This document shows positions 58,718 to 64,000 of a DNA stretch of 64,000 nt, one piece after another. Numbering within the stretch: the stretch's first letter is position 1; every line of letters starts with the position of its first letter. Position numbers and translations under genes: made by a program. Source of the DNA: Candidatus Levyibacteriota bacterium. GTDB taxonomy: Bacteria > Patescibacteriota > Microgenomatia > Levybacterales > UBA12049. The DNA is taken from contig JBEKQZ010000001.1 in assembly GCA_049519175.1 (NCBI GenBank), forward strand, positions 463,679-527,678, in the 5' to 3' direction. The notes beneath the pieces were generated by a model. It worked only from the letters and a program-made list of their open reading frames with translations, was not told the DNA's origin and did no database searches.

Positions 58718-59227
58718 TTAATTAAGTTTATCTTTCCATTCTTGTAAGATTACAGATGGAATAAGAACGTCCGGGTTAATAGGTTTTCCAGTTTTTTCTT
58801 CAACCATTACGACTAGCTCGTCCACCGCAGATTTTATGTTTCTTGCTTGTGGATATTTTTTTGGGTCACTAATATAACGCTCATTTTGTTCAGTGACGAT
58901 TTTCAAAGCTTTGTGTAGCAGTCGGACTTCCTCTTGCCAACTCATTCTCATCGTTAATCTTCTCGCAAACTTAGCCAATCTTGAACCCTTAATTATTTTT
59001 GTTAATTTGTTGCTTAGCACATAACCCGTAATAAATCCTTCAATCACTTCCGCTTGATCCATTTGAAATTGGTCAGAAATTGTTGGATTTAAAAGTCCAA
59101 ACCTAGCAATAAGTTTGTTCCCAGCGATAATTGAGCTAGCATCTAACTTGGCATCTCTAACTTCTTGCAAAATAGGTGAAACCTCATCAAGATAAGAACC
59201 GCCTACTTCTGGACTTGAAACAGTCAT
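58718..59227 (-). CDS. hypothetical protein (169 aa)
   Basis: ORF. Confidence 0.4.
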   Translation of the reverse strand: MTVSSPEVGGSYLDEVSPILQEVRDAKLDASSIIAGNKLIARFGLLNPTISDQFQMDQAEVIEGFITGYVLSNKLTKIIKGSRLAKFARRLTMRMSWQEEVRLLHKALKIVTEQNERYISDPKKYPQARNIKSAVDELVVMVEEKTGKPINPDVLIPSVILQEWKDKLN

Positions 59228-59659
59228 AACAAAGATTATATTCCCCGAGGCTGGAGGATGTCAATAGTAGGAAATTTTTACGAAATTTAGCCTCGATTAG
59301 CCATAAAAAATATTTCTTTATAAACCCCATAGTAGGGGAGGGGCTAGAAAATCCAAACCGGGGAAAAATGTGAAGATATTTCAGACAGAGAATAAGACGC
59401 CAACAAAACTTATTAAATATAGTGACGAAAAATATCGGCCGGGAAACCACTTCTCCTGGAAACCGTGCCTGAGTGATGTCGTAAAAGTATTATTGTGCGA
59501 CATAATCACTCACGCTCTCCTAGAGCTAACAACGCAAATAATTTTTGTCTTGGTTAACCGCCGGAGAAATAAAAGGGTTTGTAACAACAACGATTAAGAA
59601 GTTACTACTCCCTGTAGACTCCTACAACAAATTATTTTTAGAAATCAAGCTACTTATCC

Positions 59660-59940
59660 AACTCTCATCCGGGAGAAGCACTCGCTAAGAGACATTCGTA
59701 TTTTTTTCGTGCCGCGGCGCCTTGTGACACAAGCTACCCTCTGTCGGGCAGAGCAAGCCTACCCAGCCCGTGAAAAGTGAGGTATCTATTCCGTGAAAAC
59801 TAAGAAGTTATCCACAATAGCCTGAGAAATACGTCCTATAATTCTAAAATGTTTTGTATATCAAACTGCATCAGGTCTTATAGTTTTAGGATTTCCCGAC
59901 CCCGTAAGTCCTCTCCACTTCCCTATTCTCCGGTCAGGTC
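59660..59940 (-). ncRNA. candidate structured ncRNA with RNase P RNA-like motifs (orientation and boundaries uncertain)
   Basis: A roughly 380-nt ORF-free, GC-richer interval. The minus strand carries a GGGUAGG-cuugc-CUGCCC hairpin whose G·U pairs hold only on that strand, then GACAGAGGGUAGCUUG (compare P15 GGGUAGG and the ACAGAA..GGCUUA block). A long-range 8-bp helix with a single bulge (CCGGAGAA/UUCUCCCGG, about 260 nt apart) resembles P4 geometry. Confidence 0.3.
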
Positions 59941-59977
59941 TTAAAAAAAATCCGAGGTCATAACCCAACATCCGAGG

Positions 59978-60577
59978 CTATTCTGCCGCTTTTGGAAAAT
60001 CCATCCAATGTTCGATCCAAAATCTTTCAAAATCTCTAGCCATAACCTCGGAAGGACACGTGCTCCAAACTGCAAATCTCTCCGCAAAACTATCTTTCTC
60101 TGAAGATAATTTTAAATCTCTCTCTAATGTTTTCTGCATTGCTTCCTTTTGCAATACATGGAAATTTTCATGCCCCAGATCTCCAATTAAAGTTAGACTT
60201 GGTTGTTGACTAGTATTCGTCTTCTCGGCAACCACCATTTTTACATGCTGTGGAAAAATTCTAATTAATCCGTTGGGAAATGCTGGAGCAGTTAATAAAA
60301 CATCCGAAGTAAGCAATTCCACCTCTTTTTCAGAAATTCCATCTAAGCTTTGTATAAAAACAACATCCGGACGATGAGAAGTTTTGAGAGAAGCCGCTAA
60401 GCGGCGCAATTGCCCAACTATATCTAAATTTATCGCGCGCTGAATCTCCACGGATACCATTAGTGAACCTCTCTCTTCCCAATAAATGCCTGGAAATTCT
60501 TTCGTTTGAAAAGCTAGTTCTGATAATGATGCTTGTCCTGACGCACCCAACATGGAATCAAATTCTAAACCTGTCAT
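59978..60577 (-). CDS. hypothetical protein (199 aa)
   Basis: ORF. Confidence 0.4.
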   Translation of the reverse strand: MTGLEFDSMLGASGQASLSELAFQTKEFPGIYWEERGSLMVSVEIQRAINLDIVGQLRRLAASLKTSHRPDVVFIQSLDGISEKEVELLTSDVLLTAPAFPNGLIRIFPQHVKMVVAEKTNTSQQPSLTLIGDLGHENFHVLQKEAMQKTLERDLKLSSEKDSFAERFAVWSTCPSEVMARDFERFWIEHWMDFPKAAE

Positions 60578-60622
60578 AGATTATATTATATAGTTATAGG
60601 CTTTATAAGGCAATGCCCTGCC

Positions 60623-61456
60623 CTAGCCGAAGTTGGTAAACAAAATGAGGAAAATAAATGACACTACTGTGACCCAAAAATATTCCAGAATTATTCCCCT
60701 AAACAGTCTTTTTTCAAACCAGGCTTGTGTGAGCCCGATTAGAACATAGAAGATGGCGGTTAAAAAAAGCGCCAACACCGTTGGTGAACCTTGCCTAAAC
60801 CACAAAAACACCGCCACTTCAACCAGACAAAACGTTAATGACAGCACCCAGAAGATTTCCGACAGCGGATTTTTCTCCAAGGTGTAAGTCCAAATCGATT
60901 GCAAAACGATTAAGAATGAATAAACAAAAATTAATAGCAGTGTTAATAAAACATTAATGTGAAACGAGAAAACCACATTGGAAAGGAAGAAAAAAGATAG
61001 CAAGGTTAAAACCAGAGAGACAGTTCTGGCTCCGGACAAAAGCGCAATAGTTCTAATTGAGGAAACGGTAAAAATATTTTCGCTTAAAAATAATGAATAC
61101 AGGCCAAGCGCATAAAGACTGGTTATGCCAACACGGGTAACCATTCTGGCCGGCACCAAAAGATAGAAAAGGCCCACCGCTAAGCTATAAAAAAATGGCA
61201 AAATAAAAACCTGTGGACTAAAATTATCTTTTAAATCCTCACGAAGCGTTAAAAATAAAAAAACAACCGTTAAAAGCGACAGAACAAAAACGATGGAGAT
61301 GGCGGATTTACCCAAGATATATTCCGCGATGAAAAGTCCGAGCGATAAAATGATGACCGCGAAAATAAAACGTTGTCTTTTGCTAAACAGAACCCGCCTT
61401 AAAAAATTTCTGATCTTTTTTCGTTGACTCTTCCCTAGTCCTTGGATACTTTGCAT
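60623..61456 (-). CDS. polytopic membrane protein (hypothetical)
   Basis: About 8 TM. Confidence 0.45.
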   Translation of the reverse strand: MQSIQGLGKSQRKKIRNFLRRVLFSKRQRFIFAVIILSLGLFIAEYILGKSAISIVFVLSLLTVVFLFLTLREDLKDNFSPQVFILPFFYSLAVGLFYLLVPARMVTRVGITSLYALGLYSLFLSENIFTVSSIRTIALLSGARTVSLVLTLLSFFFLSNVVFSFHINVLLTLLLIFVYSFLIVLQSIWTYTLEKNPLSEIFWVLSLTFCLVEVAVFLWFRQGSPTVLALFLTAIFYVLIGLTQAWFEKRLFRGIILEYFWVTVVSFIFLILFTNFG

Positions 61457-61459
61457 AAA

Positions 61460-62182
61460 TTATTGCAGATTAGTGTAAACTTTTTGCACATCATCCAGCT
61501 CCTCAAGCGAATTAACAAAATGCTCAATCCGCGCCAGCTTTTCCTGCTCCCCTACCTCAACCGTCATAATCGGCTCCCGGATGAGCTCTGCTTCGCTGAC
61601 TGCGACATTAGCCGCTACCAGTGCATCCTTAATTTTAGCCAAGTCCTGCAAAGGCGTGTAGATGAAAACCTCATCACCGACTTCTTCGATGTCTTCGGCA
61701 CCAAGGTCTGCAGCAATTGCAAAAATAGCGTCAAACGATTGGCCGTTTTTGCTAGCAATAATCCGGCCGACGTGTTTAAATTGATAGGAAACGGAACCGG
61801 GCTGACCAAAAGAAGCTCCGGCTTTATTGAAAATGCTTTTTACCTCCGAGGTGGTACGCATTGGATTGTCGGTGGCTGCTTCGACAATAACCGAAACTCC
61901 GCCGGGCGCAAAACCTTCATAAGTAACTTCCGCAATCTCCCCCGCGTCTTTGCCCGCCGCCCGCTTAATCGCCCTTTCAATATTTTCCTTGGGCATATTG
62001 AAAGTCCTCGCGGTATCAATCGCCAGTCTTAAACGGAAATTGGAGCCGGGGTCGCCGATTCCCCCACCCTGTTTAACCGCAATGGTTATGGCGTTAGCCA
62101 GTTTGGTAAAAGTTTTGCCGCGTTTTTGGTCGTTAACTCCTTTTTGGCGCTTAATTTGTGCCCATTTTGAATGTCCGCTCAT
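61460..62182 (-). CDS. yebC: YebC/PmpR-family transcriptional regulator
   Basis: MSGHSKWAQIKRQKGVNDQKRGKTFTKL is the DUF28 N-terminus. Confidence 0.85.
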   Translation of the reverse strand: MSGHSKWAQIKRQKGVNDQKRGKTFTKLANAITIAVKQGGGIGDPGSNFRLRLAIDTARTFNMPKENIERAIKRAAGKDAGEIAEVTYEGFAPGGVSVIVEAATDNPMRTTSEVKSIFNKAGASFGQPGSVSYQFKHVGRIIASKNGQSFDAIFAIAADLGAEDIEEVGDEVFIYTPLQDLAKIKDALVAANVAVSEAELIREPIMTVEVGEQEKLARIEHFVNSLEELDDVQKVYTNLQ

Positions 62183-62274
62183 GTCTATAACGCCCTATTA
62201 TACCGTTTCCGTATTGACTTTTGCAATAAAGTCAGGTAAAATTTTCCAATCATTTTTAATCCATTTTTTATCCA

Positions 62275-62985
62275 ATGACTTTAACAAATCAGGCTATTCA
62301 AACAGCACTCCAGGGAAATTGGCAAGAGGCAATCGCCATGAACAAGTCTCTGATTACCCAAAATCCGGAAGACATTGACGCCTTAAACAGGCTTGGCTTG
62401 GCTTATACAATCCTTGGGAAGCTCAAAGAAGCCAAATCAACTTACCAAAAAGTGATTCGCATCGACCCCTTAAATCCGATTGCCCTTAGAAATTTGAAAA
62501 AGATTAAGGAGAAAAAATTTAGCTCAACAGCTAAACTTTCCAATTCTAGCATTAATAATAAATTTTTGGAAGAACCCGGCAAAACCAAAGTGGTCGAGCT
62601 AGTAAACATTGCCCAACCAAAAATTGTTGAGTCACTGCGCACCGGCCAGTCTCTAGAGCTATCGATTAAAAGACTCAAGATTTTTGCGCTGGAAGGCGCG
62701 CAGTATATTGGCGTGTTACCCGACGATATCGCCAGAAGATTGATTAAATTTATGAAAAACGGTTGTAAATACGAAGCCTATGTTAAATCCGCAACGCAAC
62801 ATAAAGTAACGGTTTTTATTAAAGAAGTTAAGAAATCAACACGGTATAAAGACCAGCCTTCTTTTACATCCATTACCGACTCGCCACTGGTATTGGAAAA
62901 AAGCGAAAAAATAAAAAACCACGTTGAAGACCACGAAGAAAAAGAAGAGGAAGAAGACTACGTTGAAGAAGAAGTCCGCGAGTGA
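62275..62985 (+). CDS. TPR-repeat protein with an acidic C-terminal tail
   Basis: TPR-like helices (…ALNRLGLAYTILGKLKEAKSTYQKVIRIDP…) and a terminal EEKEEEEDYVEEE. Confidence 0.5.
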   Translation: MTLTNQAIQTALQGNWQEAIAMNKSLITQNPEDIDALNRLGLAYTILGKLKEAKSTYQKVIRIDPLNPIALRNLKKIKEKKFSSTAKLSNSSINNKFLEEPGKTKVVELVNIAQPKIVESLRTGQSLELSIKRLKIFALEGAQYIGVLPDDIARRLIKFMKNGCKYEAYVKSATQHKVTVFIKEVKKSTRYKDQPSFTSITDSPLVLEKSEKIKNHVEDHEEKEEEEDYVEEEVRE

Positions 62986-63118
62986 TAAATTATTCTACTC
63001 TTATCTAAACTTTTTTTGACAAAGCCAATTTTGGGTTCTTCGTTAAGCGTTTGCAAAGACTTAAGCGCCAACAAGAAGGAAACGATAAAAAGAACCAGTA
63101 CAATTAACCAAAACATAT

Positions 63119-63916
63119 TTAAAAATTTAGTTTATTAATTTTATCCTTACCAATGATAATTATAACATCCGCAATCCCCTTGTCATCCGACTCTTCTGTC
63201 GGAAATCCCAAATAAGCACTTAATTTTTTAACCGTATACGACTGCGTCTGGTAATAAATTATTTTCGAAGTTTCTTGCGGACTGTCAGCCGTTGTCACCA
63301 AAATTGGACTTCCCCCAATATTGGTAATCAAACTTGCCAGTCTTGAGCCAATGCCGGTTACATCCGAAGCATTGATTATTTGAATTCCCAAGTTTTCTTG
63401 ATAGATAGTCGGATCGGTAAAAGAAAGCGTTAGTACAGTTGACTTTTGAGTATCGTTTAAATCGCTTGAAAAATCCCGGTCATAAACCGAGCCGGCTTGA
63501 ACACTTTTGGCAAAAACCGAAAGCCTAAAAGCGTCAATAAAAGTTAAGCCGTCAAGCGAAGACGAGAATGGAGACGCGGATTTTAAAAGCAATGGTGCAA
63601 TATCTTTGTCTTGAATATTATGCCTAGCTTTGACAATTCCGTCGACGGGAATTTCCAGAGTTTTTGCCAGCGTATTCTTATCTAGACTAGCGTTAATGTT
63701 TACTGTAGATATTGTTTTATTCTGGGGATTAAAAGCAACCAGTTTGGTTTGAGTCGGGCCGACAAATCCGACAATAAAATTGTGCGAACCGTCAAATTTA
63801 CTGTCTCTAAAAACAAAGACAACTTTTAATAGCAACGATAAAACTATTAAACCTAAAACCAGCAAAACAAACAAACCCGCCAGCCCCAGATTGGTTTCGT
63901 TTTTATTTCTTGACAT
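63119..63916 (-). CDS. membrane-anchored protein with an LytR_C-like C-terminal domain
   Basis: N-terminal TM. The C-terminal IQIINASDVTGIGSRLASLI resembles LytR_C. Confidence 0.3.
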   Translation of the reverse strand: MSRNKNETNLGLAGLFVLLVLGLIVLSLLLKVVFVFRDSKFDGSHNFIVGFVGPTQTKLVAFNPQNKTISTVNINASLDKNTLAKTLEIPVDGIVKARHNIQDKDIAPLLLKSASPFSSSLDGLTFIDAFRLSVFAKSVQAGSVYDRDFSSDLNDTQKSTVLTLSFTDPTIYQENLGIQIINASDVTGIGSRLASLITNIGGSPILVTTADSPQETSKIIYYQTQSYTVKKLSAYLGFPTEESDDKGIADVIIIIGKDKINKLNF

Positions 63917-64000
63917 AAATATATCCTTTTAAGCGGGTTTTTTCTTCGAAATTAATTCAGGCATGGTAAAAACAGGAGTGCCACCGACATCCCTGGTCTG

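Noticed and set aside
59370-59597. A 75-aa + strand ORF and an 87-aa minus-strand ORF (59187..59450) in the ORF-poor interval
   Set aside because: They overlap each other and the repeat/hairpin-rich non-coding stretch, and have no RBS or promoter context. They are more likely non-coding.
59920-59960. SRP (4.5S) RNA, from a GGUCAGGUC 9-mer identical to the helix-8 consensus
   Set aside because: The flanking sequence lacks the GGAA tetraloop and the complementary AGCAGCC/GGCAG strand, so the match is probably coincidental.

Overview
This 64 kb window looks like chromosome from an AT-rich, small-genome bacterium; the reduced core proteins and a secretin-less type IV pilus cluster are consistent with a monoderm or CPR/Patescibacteria-like lineage (inference). 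Three blocks stand out.

1. Positions 1 to about 7650 are a very low-GC accessory island. It carries a serine recombinase, an XRE-family regulator, a tandem-repeat surface protein, a 608-aa protein with a CHAT/caspase-like His-Cys domain, and a tightly packed five-gene operon of unknown function on the opposite strand. The island ends at an orphan tRNA 3' fragment, which reads as an integration-site remnant. This is the best candidate for an undescribed conflict or defence system.

2. Positions 7.7 to 39 kb are a core housekeeping block: two GH73-like peptidoglycan hydrolases, tRNA-Leu, a short trigger-factor-like gene, tRNA-Val, an HD hydrolase, thrS (without the N-terminal editing region), infC, rpmI, rplT, greA, pheS, pheT, a class A PBP, tyrS, recG, rpmF, nusB, rnc, rpsP, a KH protein and trmD. 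It is followed by a complete type IV pilus locus on the minus strand (pilB, pilT, pilC, a pilin, pilD, six more pilins/pseudopilins, a PilX-like protein, pilM, pilN, pilO) with no secretin, then holB.

3. Positions 39 to 44.9 kb are a second accessory island of about a dozen small ORFs, several of higher GC and R/G/P-rich. They include an HExxH metallopeptidase-like protein, a C39/papain-like cysteine peptidase and two Cys-rich proteins. The island is threaded by a six-copy co-oriented intergenic repeat with core GGGGAAAATTTGGGG, and most genes sit behind TATAAT boxes 6-9 nt from the start codon, which implies leaderless mRNAs.

Downstream are gyrB, an S51 peptidase, an HhH-GPD glycosylase, two hypotheticals, an H+-pyrophosphatase, gyrA, folD, a polytopic membrane protein, a SIMPL protein, xerC/D, three small hypotheticals including a 35-aa Cys-rich peptide, a roughly 380-nt ORF-free GC-richer stretch with RNase P-like motifs (candidate ncRNA), yebC, a TPR protein and an LytR_C-like protein. 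No rRNA or CRISPR array was found.
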